From: Psilocybe cubensis | Taxonomy: Eukaryota | NCBI GenBank assembly: GCA_017499595.2 | Contig: CM039003.1 | Span: 2,108,001-2,172,000 of the forward strand | Direction: 5' to 3' | DNA: 64,000 nt | Shown here: positions 13,758-31,116 of the stretch, in pieces | Numbering within the stretch: position 1 is the stretch's first letter | Layout: each line of letters begins with the position of its first letter | The notes under the pieces: generated by a model | Told to the model about the DNA's origin: nothing | Database searches by the model: none | The model's input: the letters and a program-made list of their open reading frames with translations, nothing else | Position numbers and translations under genes: made by a program

Positions 13758-15010
13758 ATGCATAGAGAAATGGAACGCCCTCCAAGATCGCGCTCAAGGT
13801 CACCAAGGAGACGAAGTGACGTTGATATTGATACACACAGAACTGCTGCGACGGATGCCAGAAAGTCCACACGTCGTTCACGGTCGCGCTCATGTTCTAG
13901 ACAACCAAGGGATACCAGGAGTAGAAGTCGGAGTCCTGCTAGGAAAAGGCGACGTCGCCATTCACGTTCAGTTTCTTATTCAAGGTCGAGGTCAAGGGAG
14001 CGACGACGAAGACTTCCGTCCAGGTCTCGATCTCATTCAAGGGACCGAAAAGAAAACAGGCGATCATCGAGGTCGCGCTCTCGTTCGGTAGAAAGGACAG
14101 AGAAACGTCGAACATCTAGGTCTAGATCTCATTCGAGAGATCGGAAAGGAAAGCGAAGGAGGAGTAAATCCATTTCTAGTTCATCCGACTCAGAGGAGGA
14201 CAAATATCATCGTAAGAGAGAGAAAAGAAAGGACGGAAAGCGCTCGAAGAGCAAAGAACGCAAGAGAGATAAAAAACGTGAAAAGAAGGAACGCAAAGAG
14301 AAGGTGTGTATCCTTTAACTTTTCTCGACGCTTCGCGCGACTGAACACAGGTCAAGGGAAAGAAAAAGAAAGACAAAGGAAGTGTGCCTCACTGGGGCAA
14401 ATATGGGATTATATCTGATATCGAGTGAGTCTATTGGTTCAATTTGTGACGCTCTTGGCTTACAGAAGCTTTAGCATTTTTACGAAAGGCCAGGAATTTC
14501 ATACCTGGCTAGTGGAGGAACGGAAGACAAATCCCGAAACAATATCCAAAGAACAACAGAAGAAAGAGTTCTCGCGGTTTGTGGAGGACTATAACACAGG
14601 TAATCACTCTTCACATAAACACCACATATCTTCTCATGTGTTTGTTGCAGCCACTTTACCCCATGAAAAATATTACAACATGGAAGCTTACGAGAGGAGA
14701 ATGTCGGCATTGAGGCAAGGAGAGTATCTCCCGCCAACTGACGATATTTACGACTTCAATGCCGATCTGAAAGCTGTTAGCAGCTCACACAAGAAGAAAC
14801 TGACAGAGCAAGAATCATATATGAGCAAAGAACAGCTCCAAGAGCTACGGAGAGTTCAGCAGGAGCGGAGTGAGGTATGATTCAAATTTTGTCCTCCAGC
14901 CTGACATTCGTTTGATTTTGGTCTTGTAGGTCGGTAGAATGAAACTTTTGGGTATGGATGTGAAGCAAAACTTCGGAGTTCGGATGGATGGTACAATGTT
15001 CGATGGATAG
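13758..15010 (+). CDS. RS-rich/lysine-rich putative nuclear (splicing-related) protein with conserved C-terminal domain
   Basis: Long RS-dipeptide N-terminus and KR-rich segment, then WGKYGII...EFHTWLVEERK...FVEDYNTATLPHEKYYN across canonical introns. Confidence 0.75.
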
Positions 15011-15458
15011 TTGCCTGCACCTACAAATTTATAGTGAACAGAGCCGAACGTGTCTTTAAATCCCGTCGTACAGTGTATTCAAATCAACGTTAACCTGGAT
15101 ATGTCCCCGGTAACATCTTCATGCAGCAATGAAATGTTATGCAGTAAAAAACTGAATATTCTGACCAGTCAGAGTGTCTTGAACATGCAGTTAGTTAGTA
15201 GTTGCAACGCAAAAGAAGTATTTAAGATGACGTCGATTAGTACTCAGCGCCAGCATTTAAACATACCCGCCCAAGGCAGGTAACTTATTCACGTGACTGT
15301 GTTGAACACTGCTTTGACATCCAGGTTGGTATTCAATCCGACTTTTGACTTGAATCTATGAAGGTCTCTTCTTACAAAACTTGATAACTTGTCATTATTG
15401 GTCTCTATCAAGTTCATTTCAATCGGGCTTCAATTACACTCGTGGCGTATGCTTTGCC

Positions 15459-15816
15459 ATGTCTCAACAAGATGAAGAACAAAGCTTCTTCGAAAGGGAG
15501 CGCGATAGGTTATCGCGAGAGATCACAAGCGTAAGAACCAACTATTGCCCATTACTTTAGTAATCCATGTAATTTAGGCCCTTCTTTTTAGGGCTTCGAA
15601 GAGTTGCTTTCTTCCACAAATGCATTGAATCGCAAGCTGGAGGAAGTTCTAGGAATGACCAAAGAATACGATACAATCGCTGCACTTTGGCATAGTTTCT
15701 ACCAACTCATGCGCAACTCTGGACAGGATGAAGAAGTGGAAGAAGAACTGCCTGGACTTCCCGGTACTGGCAGTCATGTTGTAGCAGTCAAACAGAGCAC
15801 TAGCAAGAATGATTAG
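15459..15816 (+). CDS. DAD1: DASH/Dam1 kinetochore complex subunit Dad1
   Basis: Two exons: MSQQDEEQSFFERERDRLSREITS|GFEELLSSTNALNRKLEEVLGMTKEYDTIAALWHSF, matching the Dad1 pattern. Confidence 0.85.
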
Positions 15817-15926
15817 TTCGTGGTCTCTAGCACGTTTGATCGATTTAAGGAACAAAACAAATATTCAATTGTACATGAATTGGAACAAGTAAACTACTAC
15901 AGCAGCAAATATCCACATGGGTCCGT

Positions 15927-19748
<3,822 letters not shown>

Positions 19749-20097
19749 GATGGATGTAGGTCTGCGGAGCGACCGCCTGAGCTAGAGGTCGATGATGAGG
19801 GGCAAGAGATAAAGGTGAATCCGACTGTGGCTGAGCTGTTTGGCCCAAAGGGGCTGTGATTAGTGTGATCGAAGAATGTTATTATTATTTTTGCGGTCCA
19901 TGCTAAGTCCCCATCCGGCCAACGCGGCCATTCCTTGCAACTTGTCCGGCTTGGCCACTACAGACGCATATACTCGCTCAGTTATGCCCACCATCGCGTT
20001 TAAGTCTACAATCCGGTCGTCTTCCGACCATTGTACCCTCACTTTGGTCATCCGTCACTGCCTTGTCATTGGACACCCTTCAGACTTTATGCATTGC

Positions 20098-22258
20098 ATG
20101 AAGCTGTCACTTCCCGATATTGTCGATGTCCTTTTGGCCTCACAACTGTTGATCACAATCTCTGGAATGTTGAACGGTGTTAGAATCTCTCCTGGTATAC
20201 TTGTGGACTCTTGCATAGCCCGTCACCTTTTGGATTATCTGCGCTTGGTATTTTTGCCTTTGAATACATAATCCACTCCCCAACGAGTTTTAACGTGTTG
20301 AGCTCCTCTCAGAATGCACACGAACTGGGAATAATTGCTGTGTCCGACTCTTATATCTCCGAAGATACTGGCCTGTTAACCTGTACAATATGCACCTGTC
20401 CAGCCACCTTGACGATGATGCTAAATGGTCCATTGCTTCCTTAGTTTCCTGCACTGGCGCTCGTCCATTTCCGTCGACAAATGATGCCCTGTCTGTTACA
20501 TTGGTCGGTTTCGACCTCGACTATATCTGGAAAATTCGAAATAATGTTCCCGCAGAGAAAACGGGTTTTCAAGCTGCCGCCAAATTAAACCCGTTCTCTC
20601 GCAGTGTACTTTCATTGCCCTATCTGACTGCCGTAAATAGCGTCATTGAAAGATTTGTCGTTTTCCAGCTTGTCAAGTATGTTGTTTAATTTTACATCAA
20701 AATTTTCGTTTTAACATCCTTCAGACGCTACCCCCTAATTTTTGGCCCTTGGTGTCAGGTACCCCTGACGACAGAGTATTGATGCATGAAATCTGACATA
20801 TCCAGCAACTTGATGTAGAAAGCCGCTTTTTTACATCAATATCTCATTCGATTACCCGTATTAAAACACGCTCTTTGAATCCGGAGTTTCAACGCATATG
20901 TGATAAGTTATTCAAGGCAAATTCTCAAACAACTCTGTTGGACAAAAAATATTCATTTATGCATCATAGCTTTGCAAACGGCAGTCAGGCGTATCATCGT
21001 CGTTTGCGGCTGCTGCTTTGTTTGATTTCATTGGGGATATAGGAGAACCAGAGGCGCAAATAAATTTGTCCCCTGATATGCAAAGAGACTACATTGTAGC
21101 CGGTATGGAAAGGTTTTATCGTTTAGGGTTAAAACGACCGTTGTTTAAGGTTTAAACCATTCTATGATTGTCCAAAATCTAATTAACTTAATATCTCAGG
21201 GTACATCAACTATTTGCATCCCAGAAGACGTGGGAGACGCGGTTCTGCTTGAACATGAAGTTGACGACAAAAATGAGATCGACTTTGTCTCCTCGTTAAG
21301 CTCTTCTGGGATTCTGGAATCGTACTCTGAGCAATACAATTTCGACTCGGACGGGGGGTATTCATATCGAGAATCTATGCACCAGAAATCTAGCGAGCAC
21401 ACATGGCCTCACTTTGAATTTGCTTTGGCGCCGCCCGTTTTCTCCTCAGAGGAGAAACGCATGAATGAAGATGGGATCGAAGACGACAGGCATCTCAATT
21501 CTAGGACTGAAGATAATGATAATGACTCTGAGCTCCGAGATCGTCTAGGGTCGCAATACACTTTTAGGTGGTATAAAAACTATGCTACCTCGGCGGAACT
21601 TGATCTTGGAGACGCCGACATTTCTAGCAGTTATTGTGACTGGTCAGGCGATGATGAAGATGAAGTCGAAGGCTCTCAGGAGAAGCTTAATTTTGCATCC
21701 ATGGGAATACCACTTGCTTCCAATACCGATAATTTGCAGCCGCATAATTTGCCTAGGTCAAGATTGGCTAGAATTGACGAGATCCGCCTGGACCATGTAT
21801 GTCTTGTGTCCAGAGGCCACCAAGGATCCCGCGCTTGGTTATCACAAATCCAAAAGGAAGACGCGAATGCAAATCACGGAAATTGCTTGTTTGCCGACGT
21901 GGATGTGGACATGGAACAGTTTGCTTGTGGGGCCAACTTCGACACAAAGGCGAAAGACAACGGGAAGAGTGTTGAAGCCCGCTCTGCAGCCCTGCACCTG
22001 GATTACGATTTTGGTCCGAACTACATACCCCTCGATTACGAGGGGAGCCCCCCTCATGCGGTTGCTTTATCTCTAGGGAAGAATAACAGTACCATAACAC
22101 TGGGGAGTCAGGAGCGCGTGCCCACCACTATCTCACTCTCAGCGGAAAGCGACTCTTCTTTTAGCACCCAGCAGGAATTGGTGGATCGCACTTGTGAGCA
22201 AGAAGGGTTCCGCAAAGCTCCAAGTGACAATGGATTTTTTGCTATTGAGTTCGACTAG
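20098..22258 (+). CDS. Hypothetical multi-exon protein with acidic low-complexity C-terminal exon
   Basis: 364-codon D/E/S-rich ORF at 21164-22258, preceded by short open segments separated by intron-like gaps. Start and exon structure are uncertain and no family was recognised. Confidence 0.45.
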
Positions 22259-22591
22259 CTCGCTCCACGTTGGTTACTTATGCAATACATTTTGCGCTCC
22301 CGGATCTAGAGCTAAGATCAAGCTAAGATGGCAAATAAATAATATTGAGCCGAGCGGGGAAAGTCGGAAGATTAAACGGCATCTCGGCTTACAAGGCAAT
22401 GAGTTTGATTCCGTTGCGGAGCAACTGCGGGGAATCAAAGTTGGTCACAATCTAAGTATTGGTGTTCAATATATTATATTCACTGTCATCCTCGTTAACC
22501 ATCATCATCATCATCGTCCCGAGGATTGCTTACAACCTCAGCCTCCAGCTGTGTCCCTCGTTTGCCACTATCCTCCCTGTCATCGATCAAC

Positions 22592-23225
22592 ATGAATCCC
22601 TTCCAACGCAATAAAGTCGACATCAGCGTAGGTCACTTTGCCTCTGGGAATATGTAGTGACTATTCGTTAACCTGCATCTGCATTATAGAACCTGAACCC
22701 GCAAGAGCAACAGCTATTTGCGAAATATGGAAAACTGCCAACACATAAGAGCGTCCTCATGAAGATGCAGAAGGTGCGTTTGTTGTCCAATGTCTCTGCC
22801 TCTAGGTTCATCTGATCTGAGTTTACTTGACCAGGATCGGAAGTACTTTGATTCTGGAGATTACGCTCTTTCAAAGGCCGGAGTTGCTCCCCAAAGCACT
22901 GTTGGTACTGCGATCCCGAATCCGGAGAAGTGAGCGTTGTGCCTCTAGTTTCAGACGGGATGCTGATCGTCTTTTGTATAATAGTATCCCTCATGCAACT
23001 CCGGGGAACGGTCACAACAACGGTGCACACCCTATTTCGATTTCGCCCACAAATTCGACTAGCCCCGTAAATAAAGAGAGCGGACTGGCAACCAATGAGA
23101 ACACAAATGTTCCGGATGAAGACCAAACTAGTGTTGAACCCGAGGCCAACGCCGAGTCTACGACCGTCGTCGAAGAGACAACCACATCCGAGACTGTGGT
23201 CGAGGAAATCAAGGCAGCTGTGTAA
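22592..23225 (+). CDS. IGO1: Endosulfine/ARPP-19 family PP2A inhibitor (Igo1/ENSA-like)
   Basis: Spliced sequence MNPFQRNKVDIS|NLNPQEQQLFAKYGKLP...|DRKYFDSGDYALSKAG. FDSGDY is the Greatwall/Rim15 phosphorylation motif. Confidence 0.92.
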
Positions 23226-23714
23226 TTTGTGATATGCTGATCGTAACCTCAATATGCACACAATTCCGGTGGGGCTGTCTATTTCGTATCCCGCAAAGGG
23301 TCCGCATGAGCTTTGGATGCGCAGTCCTGCCTCCGCAGAAGGAAAGTAGAAAATGCCTTTTCTATTACGCATACTCCAACGATTGCATGATTGGACCCCA
23401 CCACACACGTATCTACTATACTTCTTCGACATCTTTTGGAATATTGCGTTGTATTATTACCGATATTGTCCGTTTAGGCTTGCAAGGCTCCTTAGTGGTA
23501 CTTCTATGTCCGTCGTTATGTTATTTAGCGAAATAGGCGTTACTTTACAAACGAGGATCATCGATAATGACTGCAATTTTTGCTGTTTTCTCGTTTTATC
23601 TGCTGTTTCTTGCTCTATTACACCTGAAACCTTGAAATCTTGGTAAAGCTCAAATGCCCCCTGCCCAAGAAAAGGGGAAAAGGTCACGTGTCAATATGCG
23701 ATCTTTAATGCGAC

Positions 23715-23736
23715 TCGCGCCTCGCGTCGCGTGAAA
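23715..23736. promoter_or_regulatory. Cluster of MCB/SCB-like CGCG elements upstream of POL12
   Basis: tcgcgcctcgcgtcgcgtgaaa lies about 80-100 bp upstream of the POL12 ATG. ACGCG-type elements are typical of G1/S replication genes. Confidence 0.4.
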
Positions 23737-23816
23737 GACTCTGAACTACACCGTCACCTCGATTGACAGAGAATCGTCACAGGAACTTCCGTTCTCCAAC
23801 ATAACCATACCTCAAA

Positions 23817-26145
23817 ATGGACTCCCAGCTACGTGAAGAGTTGGAACGCGTCTTTAGGGACAATGGGCACATAATTGACGACAAATTGATTCCAGAATGT
23901 GAGTTTTGCTGTAATTCACCAGCGACGTCTGTTTGACGCGACAATAGGCGTTTCTATATGTAAAATGTATGTCATAAGTCCAGAGGACTTTAGATTCAAG
24001 GTCGAAGCGATGAACTACAAACCTTCGACGACGCGGTCGGAAATTATGCCCATCACAATGGAGACTTTGAGCGGTGTGAAGACGCAGATTCAGCAGAATC
24101 TGGCCAAGGCAAATGCACCGAGGGCGCAGAACGCGTCTCGGGGACTCAACACTGCCCAGGTTGATCGAAATAGGTTCATAACAGGGATGGGCCGAGGGTT
24201 CAGCAATAAAACTGTTGTCCAACCTCTTCCGGTGAAGCAAGAGGGTACCGAAGTGGAATCAGGTTGGGTGCATCGGAGTAACACTGTCCAGACATCTAAT
24301 GTCAGCTTCGTTGGACCATCATCGGATGCGGAATCGCGAAAAAAACGTGCCTGTGAGTAGAAATGAATTTCTTGAAAGCCGCGCACTCGACATGACTTCC
24401 CACTTTTAGACCGATATATGTTTGAGAAGATATCAGAAAGAAGCGACTGTGAGTAAATTTTAGATGGCATTTACTTAAAAACGAGAGTTGAGCGTGTATC
24501 TAAACTAGCTCTTGACCAACTGATTGACGATTTTGCGGATCTCATTCGCGCGCACTATGAAATTTCCGAGTTCGGGGATCCTTCGGCTACAACAGATGTA
24601 AGTAATACAATGATACCAGTCTTGATTTTACATTTAAAATGTTTTAGGAGGAAGTTGTTGTTGTCGGACGCATCACACATGATGCCGAAGCTGGATCGAT
24701 AGCGAAGCTGGTTGAAGGAGCAATTACTATCGAATCATCGCGTATGCTATCATCAGGTGCTCGCGTACTGCTCACATTGGATCCAGCAATTAAAGTTAGA
24801 GGATCTGTCAAGGGTGTAGGAGGTTTTGGGATATATCCGGGAGCGATTGTTGTATTGAAAGGCAAGAACGGAGGCGGAGGATATTTCCTGGCCACAGAAG
24901 TGCTTAGTGTACGTGAAATTTATCTACCATGCCTCAATTTTCCTCATGTTCCGTTAGATTCCGCCCCTTAAACCGTCCCCTGCAGCTCAGAGGTTAATCA
25001 ACCCTAAGATGGACCCCTTGACATCACAAAACCAAATTAATATGATGGTTGTTTGTGGTCCTTTTACAACGGACTCTGATATTGGGTACAAACCATGGCG
25101 TGCCCTTCTTCACCAAATCAAAGCACAGAAACCGGACGTGTTACTATTGGTACGCGCCCTCTTATTTTTTCACGGCTGGTTATTAAGTACCATATCAGAT
25201 TGGCCCATTCGTTGATGCCGCTCATCCAAAAATCAAAGCGGGAGAGTTGGATGTTTCTCCAGCAAATCTGTTCCGTGCCCACTTTGTGGATCCTTTAAAA
25301 GCTTTCCTGATAGCATCACCTGGAAGCATAGTGCTTTTACTCCCTTCCGTGCGAGATTTGACAAGCACACACGCGGCGTTCCCTCAGCCAGAGCTTGACG
25401 CTGATGTCTTCAATTTCAACCCTGTGAGTATTGTAACCGTACCAAGAAAGGAGTTTAGAATTAACCTAATCCCTTTGCTATGCAGCGCATTCATCTTTTG
25501 CCTAACCCTGCTCGGTTCACTATTAACGACGTTTCGTTCGCTGCCACCAGCGTAGATACCTTGTTCCACCTAAGGAAAGAGGAATACTTCAAACGAGGAG
25601 TAGAAGTCGAACCTCTTCCAGCCGAAGCTAACGATCTACCTAACGATGTCATGGCTAACCTGTGTCGGCACATGCTCTTACAAAGAAGGTACACCGACTG
25701 GATCCACCCCCGCATACAAACAAATTCTGATCGATATAATTTGTAGCTTCTACCCTATCTTCCCGCCACCGCCTGACCTGTCCGCCGAAGTCAATCTGGA
25801 CATGAGCCATTTTGACGGTGCGCGGATGGTGGATGAAGGAGATTTGGATTATGCGCCAGATGTGCTTATTTTGCCAAGTCGGCTGAAGCAGTTCTCAAAA
25901 GTATGCTTTCCTTCAATGGGCCCTCAAATGCATTTTATTGATTTGATATGGTACTTGACATCAAGGTTGTTCACACCACGAGCACATTGAACCCGTCGTT
26001 CCTCAGCAAAGGGACCTTTGGAACAATCTTGCTGGGCCCGCGGTCTGCTGGAACGCCACTGGAACGGTTAAAATTGGAAGTCGCAAAATTGGAAGTACCA
26101 ACGCCAGCAAGCGCGACTGCGACTGCAACAAAAATAGAAGTGTAG
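23817..26145 (+). CDS. POL12: DNA polymerase alpha-primase B subunit
   Basis: EEVVVVGRI, FGIYPGAIVVLKGKNGGG, VCGPFT, KPDVLLL|IGPF, LLPSVRD, AFPQPEL, LLPNPARFTIN, FYPIFP, PDVLILPSRL, NPSFL. Confidence 0.93.
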
Positions 26146-26242
26146 TCCCCTTCATGTATCTCTGTTTTTCTCAATGTTATCGTGCTCCCATTTGTATGTT
26201 TAGTATAATCGATTTTTTTATTACAGGGATATTTACGTCACT

Positions 26243-27862
26243 TTATCCTGCGAGTACATGTTCCAGGCTCTTCCGGACTGCGTCATCCAAGCCTTTGCCT
26301 ATGAGCACAATCTTTCCTGTGTCAGGTACGCCCATGCTATCGGTCGATGGCAGCTCTGAAATCTCGTACATGCTCCGCACACCCTGCAGAACATAGTGCA
26401 CGCCCTTCTCAGACGTAAACGCTCCTTTGCAGCGCAGAACCTTGAGGTCAGACGTCCCGCCACCACCATCCTCGATTTTATTTTCCCACAACGCGGTGCG
26501 GATCCACACGTCGAGCTTGTCCAGCTGCGCCTCGCTCAGGATTCCACATGATACTTGCAGACTCGAGATGCCGCGCAACTCGTAGTGGTTGGGTGGCAGC
26601 TCGTGTGTGTGTTCGCAATCTTCAGAATGGACGTGGGTGTCATCGTCGGCGTTGCCGTCTGGCTTTGACATGTCAGGAGGGGGGAGTCTGTAAGCAGAAA
26701 TGCCGATGATGTGCTTGAGGTCAATGTCTCCTTTGACGGTTTTGTATATCGGTGCGGCGGGATTGATCTGCTTTATGGTAGCTTCCGTTTCGGCCAGCAA
26801 TGATGGGTCTACCAAGTCTGATTTGTTAAGCAATATCACGTCTGAGCCTGCGATCTGCCTGTGTGCAACGGTGAATTAGAATTACCCGTTGGTGAATTTA
26901 CAAACGGAGAGACTTGCCGTACGCTTTCGCCAATTTTGAGGTCGTCCGTATCATGATCCTCTTCCATTTGCTGACAGTTGTCAGATACAAGCCATTCTGC
27001 TAAAAATAATGCAAGGGTTACCTTTAACCCAAAGACCGCGTCGACCACACAGACAACACCATCCAGAACAATATCCGCAAGCCCATTGGCATACTCTTCG
27101 TTTAGCCAAAACATCGAGGCGATAGGACCTATAGTACATCACTTCAGACTTCAGCCGCTGAGAAACCGCAAATTAATTGAGGTAAGCTGACCAGGGTCGG
27201 CCAGGCCGGTAGTCTCCAGCAGGATATAATCGAAAGCGCCCTTCTTCTGCATCAGCTTCTCGATGGCGGCTACCCCGGTGTCTTTAATGCTGCAGCACAG
27301 GCACCCATTCGCGAGCTCTAGAAACTCTTCTGTCTGTTCCGCCGTTGGATCATCGGCAGAAGATACGTTGATCGTTTTGGCTGTTTCGAGAGTCGGAGAT
27401 GAGTTATTACCAAGGGTGGAGCGCGGAGAGGGCCTTAGCGAGACGGACCTTCGATGTCCTGGGTGTGGTGCAATGATGTCAGTGATACCACGCAGGCAAC
27501 AGCAGTGACACAGGATGCTCACAGCAGTGTCGCCAAACTCGTTCATGATGACCGCTATCCGATAGCCATGTTTTTCTGTGAGGATGCGCCTTCAGAACGG
27601 GTCAAGGGTCGTTACGTCATAGGGTGCGAGTTGGAAGGGGAGACCCACTTGAGCAGAGTCGATTTTCCGGCGCCTAGGAAGCCGCATATGATTGTCAGTG
27701 GTACGCGCACGGATTGCGAGGGAGGAGCGGATGATGGATTGGGTTGTGAGATATCGGACGCCTCGACGAGGGAACTGGGAAGAACATTGGTAAGTTATGT
27801 GTTTGCTTCAGAGTGAACTGTGGTACTCACGGAGGTTCATCATCAGAATCGCTGAAAGACAT
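26243..27862 (-). CDS. ZNG1: CobW/COG0523 zinc metallochaperone GTPase (CBWD/ZNG1-like)
   Basis: N-terminal [11 protein letters not shown]..., [33 protein letters not shown], His-rich linker, CobW_C LRCKG and LQGV. Confidence 0.9.
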
Positions 27863-28072
27863 TTATGAAACAGATTTGCGCAAGTCGCAGTTGAATGTGG
27901 TTGGAGGTGAAAGCAATTAGAGGGAAGAGAGGAGATGGCCTTGGCACTGAGCCGGGGGGCGCGTGATCTGTTAATGAATGGGATCGAGGCTGTTGTAATT
28001 TAAGTCAAGTCCGCTGCTTGCCACTGATTAAATTGACCATATCGCCCCTCCCCAACTCAACAATCCCCTCCA

Positions 28073-29180
28073 ATGGCCTCAACGATGAGCGAAGAGCAGC
28101 TCAGGAGCGTCATCCAGGGCCCGATCGACGTTGAATGGCGGTGCGTCCCATCCAGTTTCCCTCTGCGCGTCGGCTGATCCACCCCTTGTCTCTTCGTCGT
28201 AGGTACGAGATGCGCAGAGAATGCCAGGAGATCCTCCCAGGGCTCCTTCTCGGCCCCTTCGTAGCGTCCAAGTCGCTAGAGACGCTGCTCAGTCTGCATG
28301 TAACACACATGTGCGCACACCCCTTCCCTCCATCCCCCCTCTATCTCTCCCAGCGCCACTTGAGTCCTTGACTGACGCGCGATTACACCTTTCTCGTGCG
28401 CTATGCAGTGTCTGCATCCGCGATGCCAAAGAGGCGTTCTCTGTCCGCCCGCGCTTCCCCGATAACTTCAAGTACATGACGCTCGATGTGCAGGATAACG
28501 AGGAGCAGAATCTCATACGCCTCTTCCCCGCGTGCGTCCCCCTTGCTCCCCGCATCCAACTATCGCTGCCACTAACCCCCCGTTTCTATTTCCAGTGCTA
28601 AAGCCTTCATTGATCAAGCTATCAACGAAGGAGGGCGCGTCCTCGTGCACTGCAACGGTGGGTAAAATTTACGCAAAGAAAAAAAAACCGGCTTTGTCTT
28701 TGTATTGACAACGATCCCCTTCCCTCTTTTTTTATTTTTACCAGGAGGGATCTCATTATCTCCGGCCTTTGTCGTGATGTTTGTCATGCAGCATTACCAG
28801 CTCTCGTGGGAGGATGCGCTGCATCTGGTGCAAAATCGTCGATACTGCATTTCACCAAACGGCGGCTTTTTGACCCAGATCAAGGTGCGTTAAGCGCCCT
28901 GCGCTATCGCATTGTTTGGGATGTTGACTGGGATGCATCTGTGTAGGAATACGAAGCCATATACAAAGCTAGCGTCGCGCATGCTGCGTTCCCCACGGCG
29001 CAGAGAACGGTAGCCCGTCGTAAGCGCGAGGATGAAGATGATGAGGACAACGAACGGTGCGTTCGGATCGCCTTCTATTCCATATCACTTCTTAACCCTT
29101 CACCGACACACAGAGTGGATGACCGAAAGCGACCGCTCATGCAAGCCGACTCGCTAGACGAGAACGCGATGCAGACATAA
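28073..29180 (+). CDS. STYX-like dual-specificity phosphatase domain protein (probable pseudophosphatase)
   Basis: WRYEMRRECQEILPGLLLGPF, GGRVLVHCN|GGISLSPAFV and VQNRRYCISPNGGFLTQI resemble STYX-family DSPs. Confidence 0.85.
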
Positions 29181-29404
29181 TGACGGATATGATGGATCAA
29201 TACCCATCCGTCGTGGCTGTCCCCATCTGGTTTGCATTGGTTTCCTATATTTTTTTCTTTATTTTTTTCATTTTCTCTTTTTCGGTTGTTATCTGTAACT
29301 ATGTGAATCCCACCGCAATTCAACACTGCATACCCTTCCTATATCTTGCCCCACTGCATTGCATTTTGGACCCAGGGCCCATAACTCTAAATATGCTTCT
29401 AATA

Positions 29405-30844
29405 TTACAATGATTTTATCTTAGCCTTTTCCTTTTCCTGAATAACGCGTTTTGCGTGGACATCTGTGCGAAAAAAAAAGATTAGTGGCGGGAGTGCAGG
29501 GGAAAGAGGGGAGTTTGTACCTTTGCGTTTGACGAACGCTTCCACGGATATTCCAGCGAATACAACAGCTGCGCCCAGCCATTGGCCCATGGTGAGGGTA
29601 TGGTTATAAACAACCACGGACAGTAGCATGGTGAATAATTTACGAGTTAAGGTTATCGTACTGCAGAAAATAGGTGAGCTATATCGGATCTGCACAAGAT
29701 CAACATAACATACACTAATGTCAATGATCCGAAATGTTGGAGTGTTTCAAAGATAAATAGTTGACCTAGAGCACCGGTGAGAGCGAATTGAGCAAGAGGT
29801 ACAATGATAGACGGGTGCTCTGAAATGAAGGTGAGTGCGCCAACGAGTTCCGATTGTCCGTCCTCCGAGGGGTGGATGACAGGGATATATGGCAGAGGGA
29901 GAACAGAGAGAATGGAGGTGAGGAGGGTGCAGAAGATGTTGATCCAGAACATCATCTGCTGGCCGGTGACTTTGTGCCTTGTGAAGATTTCGTCCTGGGT
30001 AGAGTTGGTGGCGCCGTCCAGGGCGAGGTTGATGAGGAGGTAGGATATGCCGATGAGATTGGCGTAGGGCGTCTGTGCCTGGCCGTTGCCGCCACCATGG
30101 GACTTGGACTTTTTCTTGTCGTCGCCCATGCCCATGAAGATGGTGATGCCGGTGGTGACCATGAGGACGACGAGGTACTTGTGGGGCGCGAACTTGCGGC
30201 GGTAGAGCAGGACGTTCATGATCATGACGGGGACGAGCTTGCACGACTTGCCGAGGACCATAGCGGGGTATGAAATGTAGGAGAGAGCGGCGAAGCCAAA
30301 GGGTGCGGCAGAGGTTATGAAGACAGAGCACTGAAGGTATCGAAGCAGAAGTGCCTTGGTGGAGAAACGCGTAGAGGGCTTGTCGTGGTGGTGCTTTCCG
30401 TTAGCTTTGCCGTTCCCGTTGGCAGCACCATTAACTGCCACTGGTTCTGTGTGCTCGAGACCGAGGCTTTTGGAGAGGGTATCTGTGGACTTGCGACGGA
30501 GGAGGATATACAGCAGAGCGGACACAGAACTGAGCGCGCTCTGACATGTGCCCATGAAGAGGGCAGACTTGAACTTGTGGGATGACTTGCCATCTATGTG
30601 TGCAAATGGGACGGACACTGTGGAGTATGATGAACACAGATCTGGTGAATAGAATGGAGTGACGCACATCTTTCCTGAGCGATAGCCCAAAGCTATTTAC
30701 AATAGAGATCAGCGGAGGGTCAATACAATATGGATCTACTTGCCAGAAACATAGAATAGACGCCGGCGACACAGAGAATGAGCCTGTGGAGAGATTAAGA
30801 TCCGGATGCATTCCAGAGAAAGACACATACCGTACGAAGGACAT
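29405..30844 (-). CDS. HUT1: UDP-galactose transporter homolog (UAA family, SLC35B1-like)
   Basis: [45 protein letters not shown]-terminal dilysine-like KAKIKSL. Confidence 0.92.
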
Positions 30845-31116
30845 TGCAGAGCACAGAGAATGGACAGAGAGACGCTCGCGTTATAAGATGACTGCCAGCA
30901 GCAAAGTTCCGCTCGGCTAAACAGATCGGGCTCTAAGTGACGTGTAAGCTGTGGCGGTGCCCATCAGTCCAATTAACATCACGTGGTCTCTTGATTGCAT
31001 TCCATTTGCATTTCCCCATCCACGGAGCCAGCCGAACAAAGTCTCTCTTCATACATTACCACTACTGCCCTGCTCCCACTACTCCCACATCCCCCAAAGT
31101 CTCCCTCTGCTTATTG

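Noticed and set aside
22668-23432. 254-aa minus-strand ORF
   Set aside because: It lies antisense to the endosulfine gene, crosses its introns and has no recognisable features.
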